This document shows, one piece after another, positions 34,101-43,100 of a DNA stretch of 64,000 nucleotides; within the stretch, counting starts at the first letter, position 1, and every line of letters begins with the position of its first letter. Below the pieces are notes generated by a model. It had not been told where the DNA came from. It did no database searches and saw only the letters and a list, made by a program, of their open reading frames with translations. The position numbers were made by a program, and so were the translations under genes. Location: NCBI GenBank assembly GCA_964252035.1, contig OZ176205.1; one strand, written 5' to 3'. The DNA comes from Podarcis erhardii (Eukaryota).

Positions 34101-36283
34101 GAGCTAGTTGCAAATTGGAGAAACTGTTATGGACACCATGCACAGACAATAATCACAACCATGCACATGAATGTATAGTAAACACACACACTCCCACCTT
34201 TACCAGCAATTAGGCTTGGGAAAAAACATTTTTGCTCCCCTGCCTCCCACATCAGAGATATCTTCCTAGAGTGCAGCTGGAAAGGAAGTTTGTACACATG
34301 CATCCAGGAAGTTCACTCACATACACATATCCTGCAACAATTAGGTTTGAGCAAAGTCTCCTATTGGAGCCAAGAGAGGACTTTTTTCATTCCTATTTGC
34401 AAAATGTCCCTCCCCTGATGCAATTAGGCATGAAAAAAGCCCTCTATTAGCTCTAGTCTAGTAGTAGACTTTGTTCAAACCTAATTGCAGAGGAGGTTCT
34501 ACTGGGGGAGGAGGTTTAAAGCTGGGGAGAATTATCTCCCCTTCCCAGCTATCACCCTCAATGAAAGCTCATCTCACCCCACCGGTGGTGCCATGATTAG
34601 GCTACTATTAGCTACAATAGTAGGGTTCTTTCAAATTGCTCAGGGTTGGGGTGGGCTGGGGTTGATGTAAGACCAGGGGTAGGAAACCTAAGGCCTGGGG
34701 GCCGGATGTGGCCCAATCACCTTCTCAATCCGGCCCACGGATGGTCTGGGAATCAACATGCTTTTATGAGTAGAATGTGTGCTTTTATTTAAAATGCATC
34801 TCTGGGTTATTTTTGGGACCTGCCTGGTGTTTTTACATGAGTAGAATGTGTGCTTTTATTTAAAATGTGTCTCTGGGTTATTTGTGGGGCATAGGAATTC
34901 GTTCATTACCCCCCCCCCCAATATAATCCAGCCCACCACATGGTCTGAGGGACAGTGGACCAGCCCACAGCTGAAAAAGGTTGCTGACCCCTGTGTAAGA
35001 CCAAAACAAAAAACCACACTTTGGGATGGGGCTGTGATAGAGGCAGATTTGCTTCTATTGAAATCAGCTGGGTTCCCTGAATTTCACATGCTCATTGTTC
35101 CTTGTTAAGCAGTCTGAAACAAAAGCTCTGGCCGCCCATCCCAGACCTTCACCACGTCCTGGATGGATTCCTTGAGGACAATGGAAAGCACCAGGTGAGG
35201 CCTTCCTCTTCCATACAGGCACCAGGACAGGAGACCAGAGTAATCATTTTTAAAGGTGGTGAACAGTATGGCTGCCTTACTGTCTTCCAGTTCTGTTTTG
35301 ATGGGAGCCTGCTTCAAGTTTGCAAGGCTTCATGACTGACATGAAAACATCAGGCATAAGTTTCATAACTCTAATTAGTCTTTTCCTTGATGCAGATTTA
35401 TAAATCCTGAATTGTGATTTGTAAATGTTGTCATAGTGGAAGTTTAAGAGACAGCATACTTTGTCTGAAGCAGCATTAAGAGTCATTTTAACGTGGCGAG
35501 TCAGAATACACCAAAATAGGGTATCTAACAGTGACAAAGAGGGCTATAAATACAGAACCATGATCTCTCTGCCTTATTTCTTATAGTTTCCAGCAGAATT
35601 GCATTAATTCCCATAACAAAATCTCATGCTGATGTTGCTTCTGTCAGCTATCCTCTCCCCAGGGAGATTTTCTGTCTGAAGTTGGGATGGCAAATATGTG
35701 CCCCCAGGTATTTTGTAATAGGAGTGTTAACATGTACACAGAGATAAGTATGCATGTACACATTTACCTCCACACTGTAGATTGGAGAGGGTGAAGCCCA
35801 GGGACATTTTTGTGTTTCTGATGCTGCTTCCTTCCCATCTTCCAGGTGAATGCTTTCTTCTGCAACAAAACTTTAGAGGACACACCTTTGACTTGCCTGC
35901 TGGAAGTCCTGTCTGAGATACCCCTGGAAACACGTAGCAGTAGCCCTCTCCTAGATAGCACTCAGCTGCACCAGACAGAGGGGGACACCCAGGCTTCTTC
36001 ACACTTGTACTACATGGTGCCAAGTCCTAGCAATCCCCAAGGGAATAATAATGAAAATGAGTATTTTGGTGCCACTGATGATGGACATGACACGCTCTCA
36101 CTGCCCTTGGAACATGATCTACACATAACTTCGGAACTGAAGGTCCAGCTAAGTATCTTCACCTTGTTCAGCACACCACTTTTGGCTCCTGACACAAAAG
36201 AGGAAAGAAGATGGGAAACTTCTGGGGATGAGTCTGTGTCTGCCACACACATATCAAACCAGTCTTACCTGCTCGTGGGCTGA
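20772..36283 (+). CDS. MPL: Thrombopoietin receptor (c-Mpl), 12 coding exons, 647 aa
   Basis: Exons 20772-20865, 25118-25250, 25368-25549, 26834-26988, 27543-27699, 30496-30625, 31217-31398, 31587-31729, 33562-33718, 33963-34050, 35110-35194, 35846-36283 sum to 1944 bp with consistent phases. Signal peptide, CFSRTFEDLTCFWDE, WGPWS and WSVWS motifs, TM helix, Box1 LWPPIPDL, Box2 LLEVLSE, C-terminal THISNQSY; syntenic position between TIE1 and CDC20. Confidence 0.93.
22270..22527. mobile_element. Tigger-like MITE
   Basis: TIRs CAGTGGTACCTCAGGTT / AACCTGAGGTACCACTG, TA on the right flank, internal 16-mer triplication. Confidence 0.8.
24421..24590. mobile_element. Penelope-like element remnant with inverted terminal duplication
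   Basis: Perfect 32-bp inverted repeat 24477-24508 / 24556-24587 enclosing the hammerhead motif; sequence resembles reptile PLE pseudo-LTRs (from memory). Confidence 0.6.
24509..24546 (+). ncRNA. Minimal type I hammerhead ribozyme motif (Penelope-like element derived)
   Basis: GTAT-CTGAAGA-A-GTGTGC-AT-GCACAC-GAA-AGCT-C-ATAC: stem I GTAT/ATAC, core CUGANGA and GAAA, stem II GTGTGC/GCACAC, palindromic AGCU stem III, cleavage triplet CUC. Confidence 0.75.
25056..25103 (+). repeat. (TTTC)n microsatellite forming the MPL exon 2 polypyrimidine tract
   Basis: Direct reading. Confidence 0.95.
25118..25250 (+). CDS. MPL: MPL exon 2
   Basis: EADLLAETAQDIFCFSRTFEDLTCFWDEPAHVDGAYRRFFYTYKG, 133 bp. Confidence 0.95.
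25368..25549 (+). CDS. MPL: MPL exon 3
   Basis: DRSRECTLRSAKHSDGGWRHVCIFPRNHQDILLFAELHVEVLDTISNHTTRSQDLSVASV|GTAAG, 182 bp. Confidence 0.9.
25789..25957. mobile_element. hAT MITE containing TTAGGG repeats
   Basis: Perfect 17-bp TIR CAGTGGCGTAGCGTGGG, perfect 8-bp TSD CTGCACAC (25781-25788, 25958-25965). Confidence 0.9.
26834..26988 (+). CDS. MPL: MPL exon 4
   Basis: GLIAPPMNVTVVWPGVARQLHVAWTPPPFHYADFLAYEVLYSAEGSTEPPSR|GTATG, 155 bp. Confidence 0.87.
27543..27699 (+). CDS. MPL: MPL exon 5 (WGPWS motif)
   Basis: MEVKNSHTCRLRDLLPGHCYHIQVRTKPDGLSLDGLWGPWSPVVLAETPHLP|GTAAG, 157 bp. Confidence 0.92.
28040..28530 (+). mobile_element. L2 LINE ORF2 fragment (degraded)
   Basis: ALYVGPPLCLIQKLQLVQ and LLVYKAL-like peptides interrupted by stops/frameshifts. 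Confidence 0.65.
28540..28625. mobile_element. Tc2-like left-end fragment
   Basis: TACCATATTTTTCCATGTATAACACGCCCCCATGTATAAGACGCCCC, similar to the ends of the elements at 1023 and 53234. Confidence 0.45.
28760..29035 (+). mobile_element. CR1 LINE 3' end
   Basis: TTTTAAAAGAGGATTAGGCAAAT and GGCATCTGGTTGGCCACT..GATGGACTACTGGGCTGATCC. Confidence 0.55.
30496..30625 (+). CDS. MPL: MPL exon 6
   Basis: EEIGLQCFTPDLRQLRCWWKWETTEPGPSQSILYWAEENSRNS, 130 bp. Confidence 0.9.
31217..31398 (+). CDS. MPL: MPL exon 7
   Basis: MQTWQKCEGKEEEIKPHYDRHNQTCTFQPSNTSYISVLVILSQGQQEVNYLKEPFQLHHV|GTAAG, 182 bp. Confidence 0.88.
31587..31729 (+). CDS. MPL: MPL exon 8
   Basis: VLTAPPSILQVTVDRGVLKLEWAPPLEELAEHMVYQIQYAEQDISKWK|GTAAT, 143 bp. 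Confidence 0.92.
31995..32100 (+). mobile_element. CR1 RT fragment
   Basis: RPHLDYCVQCWAPHF-like peptide. Confidence 0.5.
32671..32800. mobile_element. Short palindromic MITE
   Basis: 13-bp TIR CAGCCTTTCTCAA / TTGAGAAAGGCTG with internal inverted GAACTACAA/TTGTAGTTC; related fragments near 23360-23460 and 41318-41440. Confidence 0.65.
33562..33718 (+). CDS. MPL: MPL exon 9 (WSVWS motif)
   Basis: TLQVQYSNSSEIHLAAGGHCCLQLRAQPDGQKFQGNWSVWSEHVCTDVPPDS|GTAAG; an alternative in-frame acceptor exists 9 nt downstream (33571). Confidence 0.9.
33963..34050 (+). CDS. MPL: MPL exon 10 (transmembrane helix)
   Basis: CTTCCCTAG|GSTILNVTPALLLCAGLVLGLGCIFLSIH|GTAAAT, 88 bp; phases 1/2 fit both neighbours. 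Confidence 0.85.
34674..34993. mobile_element. hAT (Charlie-like) MITE
   Basis: CAGGGGT...ACCCCTG TIRs, perfect 8-bp TSD TGTAAGAC, internal ~50-bp direct duplication. Confidence 0.88.
35110..35194 (+). CDS. MPL: MPL exon 11 (Box1)
   Basis: SLKQKLWPPIPDLHHVLDGFLEDNGKHQ|GTGAG, 85 bp. Confidence 0.93.
35846..36283 (+). CDS. MPL: MPL exon 12 (Box2 and tail)
   Basis: VNAFFCNKTLEDTPLTCLLEVLSE...THISNQSYLLVG*, 438 bp. Confidence 0.9.
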   Translation: MNAFFCNKTLEDTPLTCLLEVLSEIPLETRSSSPLLDSTQLHQTEGDTQASSHLYYMVPSPSNPQGNNNENEYFGATDDGHDTLSLPLEHDLHITSELKVQLSIFTLFSTPLLAPDTKEERRWETSGDESVSATHISNQSYLLVG

Positions 36284-37181
36284 CTGTACATGCTCATTAG
36301 AGGGTGGCAACAAGAAATGATGTGGTTCTGTAGATTTTTGCAGAAGATATTCTCAGCTGCTGCAGGGAAGGCATTTTGCCAATTCCTGCACATTGAATCT
36401 GTTTCCTGTCCTTAGCAGCTGATTGCATTAGGCTGAGGGATAAGAGTAAAACCTGATTGGGAGATATACCCACATGGTAACTGGTACTCAAGGCCCATCA
36501 TATATATTTCCAAATGCAGTGCAATTCCTAAGAAACTACACCCTACTGATTTACCCATTTGATTTTTATAGCACGAGAGCCAGAGATAGCTGCAAAAAGC
36601 CATTTAGGACTTTCCACAACATGGAGAAGTAAACTGCCCGTTGCATTGGATGTTATGCCGATTATGAGAGCCAATCACAGCAATACGTGGTGAGCATAGA
36701 AATGCATATAATCTGTGGCTACTTAGTCTTAATGTGGTAACTCACATCATGTTGATAGGCCACACTGTAAAAATCAACTTAATCTATTCTGCCTTTGACT
36801 TCATTTTACATCACGAGCCACAACTCTCCTACAGCAGGGGAGTCACTATAATTACTGGCATTTGCATTGTGACCAGGTATTAGTGCATAGAATAATGTTT
36901 AGTAGTGCAACTTTTGTAAAAGCACACTCACTGTGGTCCCCTCAGTGCAAAGCCACGGAAATATGTAGGAGGTGGAGTTTTTGCAAGAGTATTCAGGATG
37001 GGATGGTTTTGAAACATAACACACAGGGCTTTCCAAAGGGACTCATTGCTCAAACGCCTCTTAAAATGTAAGGGTGTGGCTGCACTTAGCATTTCGCCTT
37101 CAGACACATATACATACTACCTTGTTCTTCCCTGTATATTGCTTTGTACAGTCTGTGTTGGTGGTTATAGTATAGATAAAG

Positions 37182-37187
37182 AATAAA
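37182..37187 (+). terminator. Candidate MPL polyadenylation signal (AATAAA)
   Basis: AATAAA about 900 nt after the MPL stop codon. Confidence 0.4.
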
Positions 37188-38159
37188 ATCCCATTGGCTC
37201 TGAAGAGGTTTTACTTCATGAGATTACAAATTGCTTACACTGAAAATAACCAGTCTTGCACCGCACAACACCTTAAAAAGCATTGGTCTGTTTGTGTCAA
37301 GCCTAACATTCTGGGAGCAATCTATCCTGGCCAATATTATCCCACTTCCAACTGTAGAGGCTAGTTTAGTGCAAAGCAGAAGAGCTTACATTTATTCCCA
37401 GCAATTAACCATATCACTAATGCTCAAACTGACTTTCTTGCACTTCAGGTCTGTCTACTGTTAAAATCAAAAGACCTGTTGCAAACAGCTGGATTTAAGC
37501 AATTTGTGGATCACAGCATGCATTGCACAACTGGTTATTCAGCTCTTCCTCAACAAGGCAGCCTGCAATCTTCCCCAGTCTACTCAAGGTTGGGGACAAG
37601 ACTCTGGTTTTTTTGAGGTGTGATGCCAGAGTTGGGTTCCCAGGCCAGAGTTGAAAGCGCAGCAGTCTTTGTTGTTTTTATTCCACAGGCATGGAACCCT
37701 CTAGTTACTAGTCTAGTAGTTACTTGATGGCATTTGAAGGTCAGAAGTCAAGCACATCTTGTACTAGAGATCAAATGCAGCATTTAAGCCTCACTGCTAC
37801 AGGGGTGGTAAGGGGCAGACAGATTTATAAGTGCCAGGGCTTGACAATCTTGGCTAAGCTCTGCTACTATCCTTGCAGCTTTGTCTTAATAGGTGGTGCA
37901 ACTCAGAACTTTGAGGGGTGGCATTCCCTGTTGAAAAGTCGGAGCCTGTCCTGAGGATCTCTTTAGTGAGCTCTCAGCACAGGAGCCAACTCCTAGGGGC
38001 TGAGGTCCCTTTGCACTCCTCCCAAGTTGATGGGCATTGCCATTCAAACGGTGGGCGTGTGCTGCATCATGTGATTGATTAGGTGGGGTGGGGCGGGGCT
38101 TACCTAACCCCCCCCCCACAATATTTTAGTCAAGTTGCCACCCCTGGCTCTCAGGAAGC

Positions 38160-38560
38160 GTTCCTGTGGTAGAGCACATGCGATGCATGCAAGAGGTCCC
38201 TGGTTCAATTGTTGCGAATTCACGTTGGGCTGGGAAAACACTTCGTCCTCGAACTCTGAGGAGCCGCTGCCAGTAGCGTAGACCAGTACAGTGGTACCTC
38301 GGGTTACATACACTTCAGGTTACAGACTCCGCTAACCCAGAAATATTACCTCGGGTTAAGAACTTTGCTTCAGGATGAGAACAGAAATTGTGCAGCAGCG
38401 GCAGCAGGAGGCCCCATTAACCAAACTGGTGCTTCAGGTTAAGAACAGTTTCAGGTTAAGAATGGACCTCCAGAACGAATTAAGTTCTTAACCCGAGGTA
38501 CCACTGTACTGCGCAAGGTGGCCCAACGGCCTGAGTCAATACAAGGCAGCTTTCTCCTGT
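38160..38560 (+). mobile_element. tRNA-derived Squam3-like SINE, split by a Tigger-like MITE
   Basis: TGGTAGAGCA...GGTTCAAT (A/B box-like), GAGCCGCTGCCAGT body, ACAAGGCAGCTT tail resumes after the MITE. Confidence 0.6.
38289..38506. mobile_element. Tigger-like MITE nested in a SINE
   Basis: TIRs CAGTGGTACCTCGGGTT / AACCCGAGGTACCACTG, TA TSD on both sides. Confidence 0.85.
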
Positions 38561-38639
38561 TGCATTTTTCCCCCGGGGGGTGGGGGAAAGAAGAGACGAC
38601 CAAAGGCAATCACTTTCCCGAATGGCCCTGTATAAATTG

Positions 38640-39420
38640 GAGAGTTGGGCAGGATCCGCCCTACGAATTCCACCACGTGGCTCAGAGTCCTCAGCCGCAG
38701 ACGCAGGCGGCTCATTAGGGAAGCAGCGACTTCGGAGAGCTCTGACCGCACCACGCGCACCCGCCCGGGATGCCTCGGCGGGCGATGCGCACGCGCGAAA
38801 CATTCCGCGGCCCTCTCGCGACTGAGCCGTAGCGGACGTGCGGTTCCAAGCCTCGGTTGGAATTTTGGAACGTTATTGCGGCGTCCGGCGCCATGGCAAC
38901 CCCGCTGCCCTCTTCTCTCCCTCCTCCCCACTCCGCCACCGCCGCTAGGCATCATGGGAAGCGCCCGCACTCAGGAAAACGCCCCTGCTTTATCCATGGA
39001 GCCGCACGGCTCCCTCCCAGAGACCTGCCCTAGCAGAGCCCCGCCTCCTCGCCGTCGGAAAGCCAATGAGAGAGACGAAGGCTGCCCGTTGGCCTCGGCT
39101 TCCCGGCAGCCGGCGCGTTCGAAACGGCCAATCGCTGCTCGGAGAGGCGAATTTAAATCGTGAATGGCGGAAGGGCTCGGCAGAGTTTCCTCCAGATCGA
39201 GAAAAAAGGTGAGTCCGGTTTGTTTGCCTCCAGGCGGCCCGCTGCGTCGCTGCTGTGGGGCCTCTCCGCACCCGCCTGGCTTCCCTCGATCTCCTCGCCG
39301 CCTGTAGGGCTTTTTCCTGCCGAGTGGTCCGGGGTGGGGCTGCCCACCCTGCACGGGGAGCTTCCCGGGGCTGGGGCTGGGTGGATGGATGGTGCAGTAG
39401 ACCACGCCGAGATAGAAAGA
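38640..39420 (+). promoter_or_regulatory. CpG island / CDC20 G2-M type promoter and non-coding exon 1
   Basis: Dense CpG; GC box ~39040; CCAAT boxes 39063-39067 and 39128-39132; CHR-type hexamers TTCGAA 39118-39123 and TTTAAA 39152-39157; Myb-like CCGTTG 39086-39091; NRF1-like GCGCACGCGC ~38785; RFX-like CCATGGCAAC 38891-38900; exon 1 donor AAG|GTGAGT at 39208/39209. Confidence 0.8.
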
Positions 39421-39906
39421 AGGTATCCCTGCCACTCTTTTTAGTGCCGCTGTTGAAAACGGCTGGGGTCGCAAGGCATCTTATAAAAGCAGTGCACCCT
39501 TTCAGGAAACCTCCGGGGGTCGTAAAGTACGAAGAAACTTTCCACTTAGATGCAGAACCTGTGTCTTCAGGTGGAGGCTCCCATGGGTCGATGCTGCTGC
39601 ATGGGGCGCAGAGTCGGGGAGTTCCTTTGCATTTAGAAAAGTAAATTTTGATGGGAAGGGGGTGCAATATGGCCTTTCTTGAAAAACGCAGCTTTCTATA
39701 TAGAGGAGCATTCAAATGTGTGAGCCTCCATCTGATCCGAATTTAGACTTGCTAGCTTAGGGCTAGGCCAAACTGACTGGGAATGGGGAATAACATGCGT
39801 GCTCACCCAACCCTACTGCAGATGTGTATTGCATGGTCTCTGTTGGCCTTTTGTTTGCAGCTGCTATTTATTTTATCTGGCTTTATCCTCTCAGCGCCCT
39901 ATTCAC

Positions 39907-40114
39907 ATGGCACAGTTCCTGTTTGAGAGTGACTTGCATGGGCTGTTGAAGCTAGATGCCCCTATTCCCAATGTCCCTCCTGCCCGATGGCAGCGCAAAG
40001 CCAAGGAGGCTGCTGCCGCCAGCTCTGGACATACCCCAGATGCTACAGCTCCTTCACCCATGAAGCCAGCTAACAGACCTCACAGCACAAGCAAGACCCC
40101 CTCCAAGACACCAG
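39907..40114 (+). CDS. CDC20: CDC20 exon 2 (coding part)
   Basis: [34 protein letters not shown]...SKTPSKTP|GTAAG. Confidence 0.96.
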
Positions 40115-43100
40115 GTAAGACTCCTGTTGTATCTTATGAGGGTGAGGAAACATCTTAATGTTTGAGGCTATGGGTTGACCTAGCATATGTCATTAGCTTG
40201 TCTTGTGGTTTTCCCCCAACTAGATGTTGTGGGAAATCCACTACATCCCTTGATGGCACTGTGGAATAGTCACAGAAGTACTCCTTTCTATGAATCAAAA
40301 CTTATCTATCAATAGATGCAATAGATTTTTTGCTGTTTCTCCATCTTGTAGGCAAGTCTGGTTCTAAAGCACAAAACACTCCAAACAAAACTGGAGGGGA
40401 CAGATACATTCCTAATCGCAGCGCTATGCAAATGGATGTGGCCAGCTTCCTCTTGACAAAAGAGGAGTCCTCTGATGATACTCCCACCAAGAAGGTGAGT
40501 TTGTGATATTAAAGAACTGTTCCTCGTGCAAGCCATATAGAAATGGTGCAGGGAGATATTGACACCCAATAATTGGCAAAGCAGGCTTCCTGACAGTAGG
40601 TTAGCAGCTGTAAAGAGACAGGTGATAATACATGCTAGATTTCTGAAACCCAGCTATTATACAGGCCATTTTGCTCATATTAGCTACAAAATCAAGAATG
40701 ACCAGTACACAATCCTAGGCTGCGATTTATGGGTAGCTAAGTAAATAACTCAAGCTATGTGATACAGGGCAGGAGAGCCTATTTCAGCCCAAAGATTGGA
40801 TTTGAACTTGTCCACATTTCCAGGGGTTGCTTTCTAGCAGTAGGAAGGGCAAACCAAACAAATTCCACAAGAGAGAAAATGCATGTGCCTCTTCTTTCCC
40901 TTGTCACAAGCAGGTAGCACACATGTATGCTTGCACCTCTGCTAGCTCTTTAGAGAGGATCTCTTAAGTTCATGCAGAGAGATTGTATATCCAATCTTAG
41001 TGTTAAGCATCACATCCAAGATCAGAGTTTTTAGGTAAAAGGTAGCATTTCTCCTCATCCCCCCTCCAGTGCCAGTGAGGGTGGATGGAAATGCTGCCCT
41101 TTACTCTTATCTCCAATCTTAGGATGGTGGTGTTTAGCGGATAAAATTATAGAAGATTGACCAATCTTCACCTGCTTCCTGCTTTACAGTATATTGGCTT
41201 GTGTGGGTGACGATGAGGTAAGATGTTATGCCATACAAACCTTCCAGCTCTGATTTGGCTCTTGTTGCTCATGTCAGCCTGCAGGCATATAATTGCTTAA
41301 TTGTCTATACTGTAAGAGCAAGGGAGCTGGGAACCTTTGGCCTTCCAGATGTTATGGGACTCAAAACTCCCATAAGTCCCTGCCAGCATGGCATGTGGCT
41401 AGGGCTGATGGGAATTTGAGGTCAGCAACATCTGGAGGGATAATAGGTTTTCCATTCCTGTTGTATGACAAACTACTAATTCATTTTTATTTTTTTAATG
41501 GGACTGCTTTTCCAACCCAAGGAGCATCAGAAAGCCTGGGCAATGAACCTGAATGGCTTTGATGTAGAAGAGGCAAAAATCCTGCGACTGAGTGGAAAGC
41601 CTCAGAATGCCCCTGAAGGTAGGACCAGATGCTTTCCTTGTGGGTGAAAGACACTGAAGGTATTTTTGTTGTTTAGTCGTGTCCGACTCTTCGTGACCCC
41701 ATGAACCAGAGCACGACAGGCACTCCTGTCTTCCACTGCCTCCTGCAGTTTGGTCAGACTCATTTTAGTAGCTTCGAGAACACTGTCCAACCATCTTGTC
41801 CTCTGTCGTCCCCTTCTCCTTGTGCCCTCCATCTTTCCCAACATCAGGGTCTTTTTAGATGGTAGAAATAGCAAGGATTCTAAAGGGATGCCCTAAATGG
41901 CTTTGGCCCAGTATACCTAAAGGAGCGTCTCCACTGCCATCGTTTTACCCGGACACTGAGGTCCAGGGAACCAGGCAGAGGGCCTTCTTGGTGGTGGCGC
42001 CCATCCTGTGGAAAGCCCTCCCACCAGATGTCAAGGAAATAAACAACCATCTGACTTTTTTAGAAGACATCTGAAGGCAACCCTGTTTAGGGAAGTTTTT
42101 AATGTTTGATGTTTTATTGTGTTTTTAATGTTCTGTTGGGAGCCGCCCAGAGTAGCTGAGGAAACCCAGCCAGATGGGTGGGATATAAATAAAAAATTAT
42201 TATTATTATTATTTTATTATGCTATGGTGGTGCTTCCTGCTAATCTAGTTCATGCGGATGGCACCCTCGCCCTGCTATGCTGTGACTTCAGAGTGAGAAT
42301 TGTTCAAGGCAATTATGCCTTCCTGAGTGGTAGGAAAGTAGTGTTGCCAGTCTGCAGCCTAGCAGTGACTCCGGTTTATAGGCTGCCGCTTGTGTAATTC
42401 TGTATTATGCTAGTAAAACAAGGTGGTTTGCTTGCATTTTGTTCAAGCTATTAGGATTGTGCTGGTTCGGGTCACCAACCAGAACCCATAGTCTTTCACA
42501 TGAAACAGCAGCAGGGAAGTCCTTTCTTGAATTAGGGTTCTCCTTTTTTTTAAAAAAAAATAGAATTAACCTCCTTGATGCAGTGCGCTCTTGTACATGT
42601 TTATTTGGAGGTTTCATTTTCCTCAGTGGAGCTCTCTCCTACATATGTATGCAAAGGGTTGCACCCTTGGCTTGAAAGAACAGCATACCTCAAGTGCAGT
42701 GCCTGTGAGGAGGAAGCTTCTCTTGCAGATGGTTTGATCTGTTCATGGTGTGGTGGTGGCCTACCACAGTTGCTTTGCATTTTGACAGAATTAGCTGAAA
42801 ACCCAGATGTGTTAGAAGACTTATTAGGCCTTTCAGCAGCTGGGGTAAATGAGTTGAAACTAGATCTATGTCAACTACAGTGGAAGCAAATACATGGTTG
42901 ACTTTGGTTTGGGCTGCGTAATCCTGGTCACTCTTCCCCACCCCAGGATACCAGAACAATCTCAAAGTGCTCTACAGCCAGAAGAACACACCAGGCTCCT
43001 CTCGGAAGAATGGTAGATACATAGCCTCCATGTCAGACCGTATTCTGGATGCCCCAGACATCCGCAACGACTACTGTAAGTAGCTACAGTGCTTGTATTT

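Noticed and set aside
38160-38230. tRNA-like A/B boxes (also at the SINE heads near 20100, 46930, 48680, 61520)
   Set aside because: No complete cloverleaf; these are SINE heads, not tRNA genes
38536-39715. Overlapping long ORFs of 144-241 aa on both strands
   Set aside because: They lie in the GC-rich CDC20 CpG island where stops are rare; Arg/Pro/Gly/Ala-rich with no recognisable domain
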